Assembly (NCBI GenBank): GCA_002104905.1
Contig: MCFE01000252.1
Location: forward strand, 49,697 to 113,696
DNA from: Basidiobolus meristosporus CBS 931.73
Taxonomy: Eukaryota; Fungi; Basidiobolomycota
Direction: 5' to 3'
Length of the DNA stretch: 64,000 nucleotides
Part shown: one piece after another, positions 25,400-39,179 of the stretch
How the letters are laid out: each line of letters starts with the position of its first letter
Numbering within the stretch: position 1 is the stretch's first letter
Notes under the pieces: model-generated
Database searches by the model: none
What the model saw: only the letters and a program-made list of their open reading frames with translations
What the model was told of the DNA's origin: nothing
Translations under genes and position numbers: made by a program

Positions 25400-26720
25400 T
25401 ATCAAATCATCAACTATCGCACCCACTGTAGTTGAGGAAAATCAATCATGCAAACGTCGCAACAAATCCGATACAAGATGCTGGTGGTGAATTTCACCCA
25501 CACTCCCAGGAGCCAGAGCAGTGCTGTGCTTGTCAAATGTGATGAAGCTGATATGCTGAGTCAAGAAGCGAGCAGATCCACGACAGCCGTGATCACCAGT
25601 ATTACACAACGAGATTTTCCTTACTAATAGGTATCCCGGTTGTTCTGAACGTGACTGTTTGGATTTGAATATCAAGAGACGAAGACCAATTATTCCTATT
25701 GTGCTCACCATTGTCTCTCGTGCAGACCGGGTAATGTGAACGAATCCTTCAATGATCATGATGGGAATCTCGATCACGGGGGAACAGAGGGGAATGGAAC
25801 AGTGCCTCTGCTTCGCCACCAAGCACATGCGTAGCAGATGAATGAGCCATGCCTTTATTATGGGAAGGTCTGGAAACGTGATACTAGGAATACAATTGAT
25901 GTGGAAATGGTGTCACACGTGGTGTCATCATCTGGCATACTGTAACAGCTGTCAGATTTGCCCTTGACCATCTCCATCTCGGAACACTTCGGAGCAGCCA
26001 GAGGGATTCATCTTGTTGCTTATCAGTCATATCATACGCTATATTTGAAGTAACATCATCAGGCTCCCTGGTGACACCGATCCTATATTTTATCGTGCCT
26101 CAGCACCACCAATGATGCGGGTACACTAAAGGAGGGCCTGAGATTGACTGTTGAAGACACCAAATCCACATGTAACACCGGCGAATATTGTCAGCTGATT
26201 ACGCCAACCTTAGTAAATAGGGGATCTAGTCATGAAACAGTCTCTGGAAATTGAGTTATTTGGATGAAACATGCAACTCTGCCATTACCTGATGGGTTGG
26301 CACAGTTGTCAATTTAGCTGAGCCGATTCCATTGCTGCAGTAACACATTCCGTCCGGATTTCTTTGAATCTGAGCCAGCTGATACCCAGCTTCCACCAAT
26401 TCCAGACCATGTTTCTCAGACTGTGGAGTGTGAACCATCGTCAGACCTGTAAAAGCTTGGCCCGCTCGAGGTGGCTCCTTTGCTTCCCCGGATCCTTCAA
26501 GATATTCAAAGGACGCAGACCAAATTGACTTTGGCTGTAATGAACGGCAGGAAATCGTACGTCCGCCTGCATCCCATTTAATTCGCTTCGACTCGATCTC
26601 GACGAACAAATTCCCCCAAACCACTGGTGAAGCACGTTTTCCATATTGTTGGATTCCCAGAGTCATACAGAAAGCTGGTTTAATTATACAGAACAGAGCT
26701 TGTCGACGAGCTTGTGACAA
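25400..26720 (-). CDS. Probable multi-exon hypothetical gene
   Basis: Two 128-154 aa open frames plus intron-like signals; no domain recognised. Confidence 0.3.
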
Positions 26721-27068
26721 AATGGTGAAATCCGTTTAATTGAGACCATCCAAGTCATCGAGAAAGACGGCTGACTCTGGTGCCTGAAACGTAGTAATGA
26801 CTGGTACACTATTAAAATACAATACTATGAGGAATCGAGGGGGGGGTGGAGAATATTCGCAGGTGAAAGGAACATGAAATGAAAATATCAACATAGAAGA
26901 AATCTGGGCTTCTTACAACGACATGGGTTTCAAGACCGCGCCACCAGATCTCAAAAAAGAATTACGAAGAGTCGACGGTATTAAACTTAAGCTGAGAAAC
27001 GACCATAAGGGTGATGGAGGGGGGTATGACATGAATGCAAGCATTGGCAGCCGGTGTGAAGTGCACAG

Positions 27069-27728
27069 TTAATAGCCTTTGTGCTTCTTTGTGCCGGAGG
27101 GCTTCTTGGCCGGCGGGCCTGACGGGTACCTGCGCTTGCCACAAGGACTCTCCTCAAGCTGGGGCTCAGATGTGGAAAATTGGATCATCTCTAGATCGCA
27201 GCTCTGCCTGCCCAGCTCGCCATTGGCCTGGGCGTTCTCGATCATTGACTGTAGAATTCTTCTACGGGCATTGATAAACCAGTTGCTGATTTGGTTCATG
27301 GTGAGCTTGGTCTCCATTGCTAGGGCGATTTTCTCGTCTTCGGTGGGATATGGGTGTTTCACATGGTTGGCCAACCACGATTTCAAGATAGCGGTGACAT
27401 GCTTGGGAAGATTTCCACGGCGCTTTTTTTGGTTGGGCTTGGCCTCGTTCGGAGGCACCTGGGGGCCCTTCTCAAACGATGACTGCGCGTCGAAATAGTT
27501 GGGAGAGGGGGAGAGAGAAGCGCTTGATCGCGATGAGTCCGAACTCACGCTCTCTCTATCCGCCTCATACTGAACAGGCTCAGGGATGTAATGATGGCCC
27601 GTCCATTCCTTGGCGTTGTGAAAGAGCATTTCCTCGATACGCTCCTTGTGGACACCGATGTAGCTACGGTGCTGCTTGTTATGGTCAAAATATTGGTTAT
27701 TGTGCACTATAACAATTGGGCTAAACAC
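27069..27728 (-). CDS. TALE-class homeodomain transcription factor (Cup9/Tos8/TGIF-like)
   Basis: RRGNLPK...WL..H..HPYPTEDEK...QISNWFINARRR; start uncertain. Confidence 0.92.
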   Translation of the reverse strand: MFSPIVIVHNNQYFDHNKQHRSYIGVHKERIEEMLFHNAKEWTGHHYIPEPVQYEADRESVSSDSSRSSASLSPSPNYFDAQSSFEKGPQVPPNEAKPNQKKRRGNLPKHVTAILKSWLANHVKHPYPTEDEKIALAMETKLTMNQISNWFINARRRILQSMIENAQANGELGRQSCDLEMIQFSTSEPQLEESPCGKRRYPSGPPAKKPSGTKKHKGY

Positions 27729-30700
27729 TCTTGGCTACGAGGAAAATCTGGGATTAGCATCATCGATTTGATGATAGCAGTGGCAATGTGGGCGAACCTT
27801 AGAATCAGAACGAGAGGCATTGCTGTCCATAATAGTCGAGTTGTGCGCTGTACTTTTGGCCGATGTGAGTCAACTAAGTGGTTTCGTGACTAATGATGGA
27901 GCGCAGGAGATATCGGAGCAAGTGCCCATCCTCGCCCTATTTATACAAATCCCCCTCGACCGTAGGGCGAATGGCTGTATGCGATTGCTGCTCAAGATAT
28001 TCATCAATGAAATCAGTGCGATGTGATACAAATATAAAATAAAGTGCGAGCTTTTTATGAAGACTTTCTGGCAAGTTTGATAATCAGTACTCAGCCGATC
28101 GTCATTCTAACCAAGAGGAAGTGGCTGCTCCATATAGCTAACATAAATTGTCGTACACTCTTCAATAGCATCCCGTTTATGAACTTAATGTGCGCAGAGC
28201 GTTTTAATTCTTTTCTCTTTAAAGTATAATATATGCATCCTGTGTATCTACTTCATAATCTGCTAGGGAAAATATCTTGATCTGGTACTAGTATTACGGA
28301 TCAACAAGTGCATCGACCTGTAGTTTGTACTCCTCAAGCAACAACTGAACGCACCTTCCTACACCTCAAGGAGCCAAACGATGCTGGGTGTTTTCCCAAT
28401 GCGCCAGTTGCTTGCGTCAACTGCCAGCAACGTAGTAGGGGCTCGAAACACCGAACATCTAACGGGATCTGCCTGAGAGGCTCCAGTACATCTAGAACAC
28501 AAAATGGCTGCCAGCAATCAAGATCAGTTACGATGTGGATCTTTAAGGAATGAAGTAGATGAAGATTCCTCGTACCACATTAGGAGATTGTCTAGTTGAT
28601 GATCGTGATGACAACCGTCAAGGAATTCAGATTGATTAGAACTTGGCCACAACTGTTGAAGATGTCCAGCCTCAAGCCATTCTGGTCCGCCAAAATAGGC
28701 TATCCAAGGCAGCCATTCCAACACAAATGACACGCTTGCAAAAACTGGTTTAGCAATCTAATATACTGGTGCATGCACTCTTCACCATCCCCTGAACGTC
28801 CCTTTTCGATCACTAGGTACACATAGAGCATACATGACGAGCAAAGCGGACAACGTCGAGGGATTCCCGCAATACGCCTTTGTCCCCCATGGCTTTTCCA
28901 ACTCGGCAGCGGGTATGTAGCATACATAACTTTATGACCTTAACCCACTTCATATAGAACCTGCGTGGAGTTGCCATCAGAAGGAAGAGTGGTAATTGTG
29001 ATGTTTGATGCATGTTGATAATCAACCACTAAACCAAATCCCCAGCGGGCTTAAATCCGTTGATAATCCCAGAAATCGGCCCATTTAAATGTGGGAATGC
29101 TCACCCAAACTCAAGCCTTATCTCGTGATTCACGGTTCGATTTATCCAGATGCTGCTTTTGGATATAGTCTCGATTATAGCAAGTTTCAGGGTAGCACCT
29201 GCTTACTAACCAATTCTGAAGGGAATCCACCGAGTTCGTTGTATACCGACATTGGTGGGAACATGGGAGAAGCCGTATGGGCATTTATGCCAAACCCCCG
29301 CTCGTTCGACATCCCTTCCATGCTGGCAAATAAAGAGAAGAGCATGATTTTGTGGATGGGATTCTTGCAAATAGACGAGCAGCCAACTATCTATCTGTCA
29401 AGTGCTGATCGCCAGCAAGCATAGGATGTTGCGTAGAAAACAGGCTGCTGGATAGAAATTTGATCGCAGTGGGCTAGTAGTACTGGCTCTTGGGTTCTGT
29501 ATGATGGGGATCAAATTATGACAAATCGGAGATTATGAAGTAGGGTTCACATGGCCTTGCGCTCAATCATTGTTCTTACAGTGTCTCACTAGGTCGCACC
29601 TCGAATCTCTCCAAAACCCTGCTGAGACAAGCTACCTGTACTTTGATTCATCCCAATCGCCCACCAAGACGAGCACATATGTTGATGGACAACGGTCCAC
29701 TTTCCTGCTCCATGTAATGGCTACTCAATGTGGTGGGTTGTAAGGGAGGAGCCCGCCTATTCGCTCGCCTGGAGTGGACTTCGAGACTATGCCTGACGTG
29801 GTTCGTATTCAAACACAAATGGCGAGATGCAGATGTCACCTTAATTATTCGCTTTTTTAGGTATCCCTCTCTGGCATACACTACGCATACACCTGGGCTA
29901 GACACCACATCATGTATATATGTATGCAGACGCGGATTGATTACGGCTCTGTAGATGGGAGAGAATACAGATCTTTTAATTGACTTAACCTTAATTCAAT
30001 GGCTTGAACCAGGAATGGGGAACTGTTGCGTACTTGGATCCAGCATAAAGCTCATGCCTGCTCCTAATGTGGCAAATGCAGCAATAGTCATTTAACTTTA
30101 TCAGGCCGTATAACCACTCCTCAGGAGGAAGGCAATAATGGAATATACCAGACGTGCGTTGACTCGGTTCTTGTGGGGCTCTGAGACCTTATCTTCGAAA
30201 CAACACTTCAGGGTATCTCATGTATCTGTGTTCACCTGATGGACATGATGTTCCTAATGAGTCCGATAAACCTTTGGTTAACCAGATGAAAATGGCTATG
30301 GAAGATTTGTGGTTTCAAGGTTACACCATCACCCTCGTAGGGTTTGATTAATTTATACCTGAGGAATGCCATGGAGTAGCACACAGATGCTCACGCGCAG
30401 GCTCCATCTAGGTTCACCCAGATGTCATGTCATTTCGGTAATCCATGCCAATGAAGTGCTGGATTGGATGGGATATGAAGTATTCCTCCAAGATCTGGTG
30501 CAATGGATTGATCTGTCACGGTGAGGATGGCTTCTGGATCCCTGAGGTTTCACACAGATGATCAACGCTACACATGACATTTGAGGCCCATGAGATACAC
30601 CGTTCACCATTAGGCCATGAACCTTCCATACATGCATTTGGATGGATGATGGCTTTCGAGAGTAACCTCAACCCATTTTCGTGATGTGGGAATTGCCTTG

Positions 30701-32709
30701 AGAATTGGTGGGACTGCATTTCGTAGCCTCGAATTGGTTCCATGACCTTTGATTGGGAAATGTGCAACCTTGCTACTAGCCATTGGCCTGCTTCGCCCAT
30801 CGGGAGCTACCGGGAAAGCTCCGGGTCTGTATCTAGCAAGCCGGCACAACCGAGATATCGATAACACCGCCCCTCGACCGCCAAGTAGACACGGCCGTTA
30901 AGACGGAAAGCGAGCCAGCCCAGCTTGTTGACAGCTATTCGGGAAGCACCAGCACACCGAGGGACAGGATGTGAAGTATGTAGGTCGTAACCCTGCAGGC
31001 ACCGACATCCTGTTCTACGAACCGCGCATGGCCAACCGTGGATTTCTCACGCGTCCGTCCAAGTTATAGAGTTCCCTTTTAATCGATGGATCTGCTCCAG
31101 CCTGCTGAAATGGCTCATAGCACGGGTGAAATCAGACATGCCACTGAAGAACGATACTGATAATCAGATGATGGATGTCCATCTCGCCAAAACGGTGCTG
31201 TGACCCTCAGGGCCTTTTCGATCCTCATTTGACAGCTAGTACGTGTGTATTTCTATTTCTATCCAAAGCCAGGTGAACTGATGAGGAGAAATCAAAATTT
31301 GCCAAAATGGTAAATAAACTTGACCGGACCGCTTGATATGGCAATAGGTGGGTCTCCAGCTGTAATGTGAGTGATTGTTTGTGAGGTTTACAACCAATGT
31401 GCCACATATATTGATATCCGAGCACGGATGTCAAAAAGATAGCCCTACATGCACCCACTCAGCGCACGAATGGCCCTAAAAGAACCTGAAGATCAGAACA
31501 GTCCATCATGGGCGCATTCCGAAGAATCACCGACGCCTCATTTTCCTTCGGACAAGAGTAACTGGACCCCGCAGTGCAAAATCGCGTCGAACATGACTAT
31601 TCTCATGACTGCCAATGTGAGCGACCTGACAAATTTAATGCATGTTGCCAAATCGCCTACTAGATTCCCATGCTTTTTAGATGGCTGTAGGCATTGTCTC
31701 GAGTCAAGGGTGTGTTCAAAGGGGCCGAATGGATTTGGCTGGAACTTGATTGGTATGAAACTAACGTGCATAGTTTAATTCTTGTCCGAGATTAAACTGG
31801 AGAGCAAAAGTGAATCATTTGTCCAAGGGAATTGGTGAGGGCAGACCAGGCCTGCCTCTGGGTAAGGGAGTGCTTTTCCGAATGCCATTGCGCACTTGCA
31901 CCTCTAATGTTCAGGGTGCTACATTGATTCCAACCATATATGACATTATATACAGACATGCGCGCCAATGCACCAAACCAACCTATGCCCTGACGCAGAC
32001 GATATACACACATTCCCTTGGTTTGCAGGAGCATTTGTTCTGATACACTCCGTTCAAAACAAATTCGTATCGATTGCCAAACTATCACATGAACTCCCCG
32101 TATTGTGTTCCTTAAATAATGGCCAGATGGACAAAGTAATTATTGATTGCAAGGACACCGAGTCGGATCCTAATATAGGCTGTGAGTATTCCGCCCAATC
32201 TGCACCTATTTTGGAGATCAGTAGAGGATATATATACCATGAGCATTAAGAATGCCATCGAATACACCCTACATGCTTCAGGAGGCAGTGATTGCCCTGC
32301 TGTTGGAATATCCCGTTGGATCAGTTAGGGCCAGAGTTTCAAAGATTCCAAATATTGGCCCAACTTTCACCACACATTTCCACCTTCCCAACTTTGGCGT
32401 GTAACTTGATTCATACCCCAGCCTGAACACAAATACCAAATATTTCGAGACTATGCAATGTGAGCTGATAATAGCGCCAGCGCATCCGGTTGGTATGCAT
32501 CCCACAGTATGCAGCTTCAGTCGATGACACCCCCACACTGTCATACGACGGTTAATATCAGAGCGAATCTAGAACTGGCGCCCCGCTGAAGCGCCGGTCT
32601 GTTTCGGGGAATTGATTGATTCACATCCACGCCTCGACACGCGGCAAAATATGTAGAGCGACGTATTGAGATATTCTGTTTATTATCATGAGGTCATCGA
32701 ACGTACAAG

Positions 32710-33357
32710 TTATACAACAGTACCAGAGCTGGAGGCAATTCTAGGCCACAAATCGGCACATTCCTTACCAACGGGGCCGGTAATGGCGGAGCCCTTCATC
32801 TCGCCCTTGGGGTTGACAATCACACCAGCATTGTCCTCGAAGTAAAGGAAGACACCGTCACGTCTGCGCCATGCCTTGCGTTGACGAATGACAACAGCGG
32901 GCATAACCTTCTTACGTAGATCGGGCTTACCCTTCTTGACAGTGGCCATGACCATGTCTCCAACACCAGCAGCAGGAAGACGGTTCAATCTACCCTTGAT
33001 GCCGGTGACAGCGATGATATAAAGGTTCTTGGCTCCGGAGTTGTCGGCACAGTTGATGACGGCACCAACTGGGAGACCGAGTGACATACGGAACTTGTTA
33101 CCAGCAGCACCTCCGCGTCCTGTACAACGAAACGTGTGATTAGTAAGGTATCGTTGGGATTCCCATTCTCAACTATGAAACAGTCTGGTCATGTCGAGGT
33201 CAGGAGGAGAGTATCCATCCTAACCACACCCGCTCATCCATCCATGGGGATTTACGATTGACCACAGTCACGAATGCGACATTCAAGAAACAGTATTCTC
33301 TACGAGGAATGGCTTGGGAAAGGGCAGCACGCTGCTATACATACCACGCTTAGACAT
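32710..33357 (-). CDS. RPL23: 60S ribosomal protein L23 (uL14); exon 1 at 33357-33345, intron at 33344-33120
   Basis: MSKRG|[32 protein letters not shown]...[17 protein letters not shown]. Confidence 0.98.
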
Positions 33358-33698
33358 GTTGAATCGGTAAGGAGTGGAAAAAGGAAGATTGCTTCAAACG
33401 ACGCATCTATTTTGTCCTTGACCAAGATCCAACTCTGCCAGCAAAAACACCCGCATGTCACGAGATGGGGTTTTTTTCATCCGATCCGGAAGATCGGTAT
33501 TCCAATACTGGACCGATCACCCCGAAACCCAACGCCATCCTGGGCCAACCTCGCTTGAGATCAACACGGGCCAAAAGCAGACCTCGCCTCAAGAAGGAAA
33601 CTGAATGGAAATTCAAAAGGAACAGGTTCTATTGCATGCGATATTTTAATTGATTATAATGAGACAATGGGGCCAGATGGACTTGTGCTGGTCGTAAG

Positions 33699-35499
33699 TT
33701 ACAAAATCATGTTGATTGGGTTTTCCATGTAGAACTTGAACTTGTTCAAAAAGTCGCCAGCGATGGCGGCGTCAACCACACGCTCATCAATGCTGAGGTT
33801 GACGGTCATGATCTGTCTGGTCTTCAAGTTTCCATTAACTGGGGCGTTGTATGAGAACTTGGCCTCGCCGGAGAGATAATCAAACACATCCGGTTCAACG
33901 GTAGACTCGACAACTGGCTCCGATGGTACCTCAACTGCTGATTCATCCTCAATCACCTCGATCTTGGTGCCACCAACTGCCATAATGCAGGCCTGGGGAG
34001 GATTGATGATGGCAGTGAACTGGCCGATGCCATACATACCCAAGTTAGAAATGCTGAAGCTACCACCCTGGTACTCATCTGGCATCAATTTGCCAGCACG
34101 AGCCTTGGCGGCCAATTCCTTGACAGTCTTGGAGATGTCAGTCAAACCACGACGATCGGCATTCTTGACGATTGGGGTAATAAGACCGGTAGGAGTGGCA
34201 ACTGCGATGGAGATATCAACAGAGCTAATGCTCTCACCAGCGTCCTTGGAAGCATTGTAGCGGACATTGAGTTCAGGAACATCTCGGAGTGCGAGAGAGG
34301 TAGCGCGAACAATGAAATCGTTCACAGAGACGCTGATCTGGTTGTTTTCTTTCAGAGTACGTCTGAGTTTAGCAATCTCGTCGACGACGATGTCTCTGGC
34401 AACATAGGAGTGGGGAACGGTAGACTTGGATTCGGAGAGGCGAGAAGCAATCACTCTGCGCATAGTGGTGACAGGGATATCTTCGTATGCAGCAGAGGAA
34501 ACCGAAGCAGGCTTAGAGGCTTCTTGAGCTGGCTTGCTCTCTTGTACCTTGGGTGTGGGCGCACCACCCTTGATAATACCGAGGTAACTTAGGACGTCGC
34601 CCTTGAGGATGCGTCCCTTAGGACCAGTGGCGGGCACCTTGTTAATATCTTCGATCTTGTTGTTACGCACCAAATGGGCCACGGCGGGACTCAAATAATT
34701 GTCACGATCACCTGCAGGAGCCTCGGAGGTTGAAGGGGTCGCAGGGGTTGAGGAAGCTGGGGAAGCTGAACTCCGAAATTCGTTAAATACAAATCGTCAC
34801 TTGATTAGAACATAGAAATCACCTTCTGGAGAGGCGGATGGCTCGGATTTGGCAGGCGCATCAGCAGGGATTTCGATACTGCTGATATCATCACCTTCTT
34901 CGGCCAAGATGGCGATTAAAGAGTTAACGGCCACACCCTTGGTACCAGTAGGAACCTAGATTTAAGCGTGTCGCGTTAGCTTCGAAGCAGCAGTGTGGGA
35001 AACATTGAAACCCACTAGGAAGTGTAACGTACAAGGATCTTGGCCAAAATGCCGTCATCTTGGGCCTCGATTTCCATTTGAGCTTTGTCAGTTTCAATCT
35101 CAAGGATGACTTCACCAGCCTCCAACTTGTCACCTATGCATACCGAAAAGTTGAGTCAGCGAAGAGCTGCAAGCAGCGTCAGCAATTCTCTCGGACATAC
35201 CCTCCTGCTTCTTCCAACTGGTAATAGTACCCTCCGTCATGGTAGGGGAAAGGGCAGGCATGAGTAGCTTTGAAGTAGCATTTCTAATGGAAGATTGATG
35301 AAGGTCTAGGGGAAAGGGTTAGCATGGTGCGTAATGACGTTGGAGTTGTGGCTTGATAAAGCGGCGAAGGCCGAAATGAACGTATCACAAAGAGAAGCAC
35401 CGAGAATGGGAGAAGATAACACGTACTGCGTCTAAGAGCGTTCCTGCTCACGCCAGTAGAGGCCAAAGAACGGAAAACACTTGAGCGAATAGTGAACAT
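33699..35499 (-). CDS. PDX1: Pyruvate dehydrogenase E3-binding protein (protein X): lipoyl, PSBD and non-catalytic E2-like core domains
   Basis: [11 protein letters not shown]...ETDKAQME lipoyl domain; SPAV...[15 protein letters not shown]; catalytic DHR replaced by DER. Confidence 0.85.
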
Positions 35500-35911
35500 A
35501 GTGCGGAGGAAGCAAAGGTAAGCGAACAAGTCAACCGGAGTACGTCGATTTTTTTATCTCCAACGAAGTAATTTGCAAGAATATTGATGAAGCCGCAAAT
35601 GATAATCAATATGGTTGGTCGCACTACATCACTCAGATAGTGTCGTACTCGTCTGTATGCCCCACACAATCGTCAGTTGTAGTCGTCCCAAATTTTCATC
35701 CGATAAAATGTTCATCTCAGCCTCACTGAACTCTCGCTGAATATCCCCTTTTTTTCGCGGCAGCTCCAATCATCGGTGCCTCTTGGTCGGCAATCGAGGA
35801 AAATGGATGATTTCTAGATATATCGGTCCTACGAAGGCGATCCCTAGTAGGATTGGCAAACGAATACTGAGTTTCCAAATGTAATGGCACTGAGCCACCC
35901 CGAAGATGAGA

Positions 35912-37300
35912 TTAAATGATTGTCCAATGGGCTGCTGACCAAGGCCATGAGGAGAGATTGTGTAAGTGGAGTAGATTTGTAGATGTGGCTTGTGGATAAG
36001 TCCGGATCAATTGACTGATGGAGCGACTGCTCATTCGCTTAATCAGATGCGCGATAAACGAACAATCTCGATCATGCCTTCCTGGTGGCATGCTCAGCAG
36101 ACTTTCACCGTGATCACTAGAGTTTAAAATATGCCATGAGCTGGGATCACCAGCAGTACAAAGCTCTGCTGGCAATCCTCGTCTAAGATATGTCGCAAAG
36201 TCAATTTCTGTATAATATATCGATTTTCTAGTCACGCTACCAAGCGTGGTGCATACCAGAGATTGGCAGAGTCGACTGTTACACGTAGATCAAGATGATT
36301 AACATTAATTGGGATTTCTCTACATACTATCAAACTAATCTGGTCGTACACAGACATGTATGCAATTCAAGTTCTCAAACAGATAATCAAATACCTGAGC
36401 ATCACAAGCACCTCTGCTCTTGTAACAGGCAGTGTTTTTTCAGAGCAATTCTCATGCAGACGGAAGACGTCGATTCGCATGCTGGGGTTTGCTGGGATAT
36501 ACTTCAAACCAAGATGCTTTGCCAATGGCGGTGAGTAGCGTATATAGGTCTACAGATAATTGCACGGGGACATTACTTCGAATATAAATAAGGTTGCGTT
36601 GAGGTGATTCCAGAAATCTATACAGGGGCTTCACAGTAGAATATGATGATGCTGTCCCTGGGTCAACATATCTTCTGTAAGCATGTTTCCAGCTTGAGTA
36701 GGGCACATTCCAAATTTAACGACTCACCAACATTTGGTACAAGATCTGCGTGGTATGAATGGCTTTCACGGTACCATTCCTAATCCATGGCTTCTTGGCA
36801 AGTCGGTACTAGCCACGATGGTGTCATTTTGGTCCCTTGATGTTTGAGGCCCTCCATTCCATATATGAAATCTAATATCCCGGTTGTTATATGGAGATGG
36901 GTAGTATTTGACTTAAATTGGTGTCGAGCATTTGTGATCTGGGAGCTATATCACAAAAAGATCGTATATCTTTGTTCAGTGATAGGTTGAGGCAAGAATG
37001 TGATGCCAAGGTGGGTAGATATTCCCAGGTTAAACATGAAGAGCGGCCGCCTGTTTGGAAAAAGGTCGGTTTGTAATTAACGCATAGGCGATTCGATTCT
37101 TTTTTCGGCGCATCTAGTAACGTGATCTGGGCAATGACCTGCCCGTTTGGTGTGTACTGGACAATAGAAACACCGGGTTGGAGTATCGTAATGAGTGATG
37201 ACATGCGTAGAGCAAGGACATTGGGCACGCGATCAGATAAAGCCAGCAATAAGCTTATCATGATAACAATCATGTAGAAATTCAAATTTCATTAATTAGA
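35912..37300 (-). CDS. Multi-exon hypothetical protein, possibly F-box-like
   Basis: Three successive open blocks with splice signals; SWKHAYRRY resembles a post-F-box motif. Confidence 0.3.
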
Positions 37301-37500
37301 ATGGTCACGTACCAGCTGCTTCGTACTGTAAGACCAGGCTGAAGGATGCTTTATTTAGTCTTGATATGCAGAGTAATGCATTCCATTTTGACACTGTCGA
37401 GCAGTATATCCCAGATGCACATTTGCTTTGGCCTATATAAAGATTGATGGCCTCTCTAGGTTGTCACCAAAACGAGCCCTCAAGCAAGCCCCGTCCATCG

Positions 37501-38965
37501 ATGATGAAGTTGAAGACTGTAGCTATTGTATCCTTAGTCTCGGTTTTGCAAGCTGAGGCAGCCTCTCGCCTGGTGTTTGAGGATAATTTTGACACCTTCG
37601 ACTTGAGTCGTTGGAAGGTATGTCCTTCGTTTCCTTAAAGAGTTCATGCTCTGAAACTAACGATGCTGGGTCAGCATGATATTACTCTGAGTGGAGGCGG
37701 GTATGTATTTATGTTTGGCATGCAGACCTCAGGTATTGACCCGAAGAAACTCCGACAGGAACTGGGAGTTTGAGTACTACTTCAACAATCGCTCCAACTC
37801 CTATGTCAAGAACGGTGTCCTCTACATCAAGCCAACTTTAACTGCTGACAGAATAGGTGAAGCAGCGGTGTTGAGTGGTGGATCACTTGACCTCTGGTAA
37901 GAGAGCCCATGGGTATTGGTAAGATTCAATGGCTAATTCTCCGGCCCTTCATATAGGGGAAGCGAGCCAGCCAATGCTTGCACTGGTATTTTCCTTTATC
38001 GCTGGGTGGTTTTGAGTATGGATTGGAACTAATGTGAATGCTCACATGAACGAACAGGGAATGCTTTCTTTGGATGCCAGCGCACGAGTGATGGAAACAA
38101 TATACTGAATCCTATTCAGTCTGCTCTCGTTCGCTCATACAACTCCATGAGCTTAACATATGGTAAGGTTGAGATTCGCGCAAGACTCCCTCGAGGTGAT
38201 TGGATTTGGTAAATGCATCAAATTAATATTACTCAAATTGAACACCGCTAACCATTTCCTTTAGGCCGGTAAGTAAGCCGTATGAGGTCATTCGGACAGG
38301 AGCGTCTGGTTTACGTTCATTGCAATAGGCCATCTGGATGTTACCCAAACATCAACAATATGGCTCTTGGCCTGCCTCTGGTGAAATCGACATTGTTGAG
38401 TCACGTGGAAACGGTGGAGACTATCCAAATGGGGTGAACACTGTCACCTCAACGTTACACTGGGGTAAATATTTCATTGCATAATATTGACCGGCAAGCA
38501 TAGACTGATCCCCTGAAAGGCCCCTCCTACGAATTCAACCGATACCAAAAAACCACCGGATCGTACAGCCTACCAGGGAACGCTGATTTCAGCCAGAAGT
38601 TCCACACCTTTGTGCTTGAATGGGATTCCAAATCCATCAAAACCAGCGTGGACAAGAAGCCGATAATGGAGGTGTCTTTCAACCAATCGTTCTGGCAACG
38701 AGGAGATTTCCCCAGTGGGCTGAACAACCCATGGGATGGTAGAGGGAAAAGCGCCCCGTTTGACCAGGAGTTTTATCTCATCTTCAATGTTGCCGTGGGC
38801 GGTACCAACGGATATTTCCCGGAACATCCAACCAAGCCTTGGTCCAACCAGTCACCTACGGCAGCCAAGGATTTTTGGCTGAAGAAGGACGAATGGTTGA
38901 AGAGCTGGCCTAATGATGACCGCAGAGCACTTGCGATTGATTATGTCAAAGTGTGGTCGAAGTAA
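37501..38965 (+). CDS. Secreted GH16 beta-1,3-glucanase of the beta-glucan-binding-protein-like subgroup
   Basis: Signal peptide; GGGNWEFEYY; GDWIWPAIWMLP; catalytic GEIDIVE; APFDQEFYLIFNVAVGGTNGYF; many small exons. Confidence 0.93.
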
Positions 38966-39179
38966 AAAAAATTGCACCGAGTCTTCAAAATAAATCATAT
39001 TCCGAGGTTACTGTTTCAACATAGCGTTCCATCCTTGGTGAAACATGCAATCATGATTTTGTGGGGGAATTAAGAACCATACCAAGCCGCTGTTTGACAA
39101 GCCAAAGCGTCAGTGGCGCTGGTGGTCTATTTTAATTTTCTCTAGAAGGTTTGTTGCTATAATTCGAGATTTCATCTAA

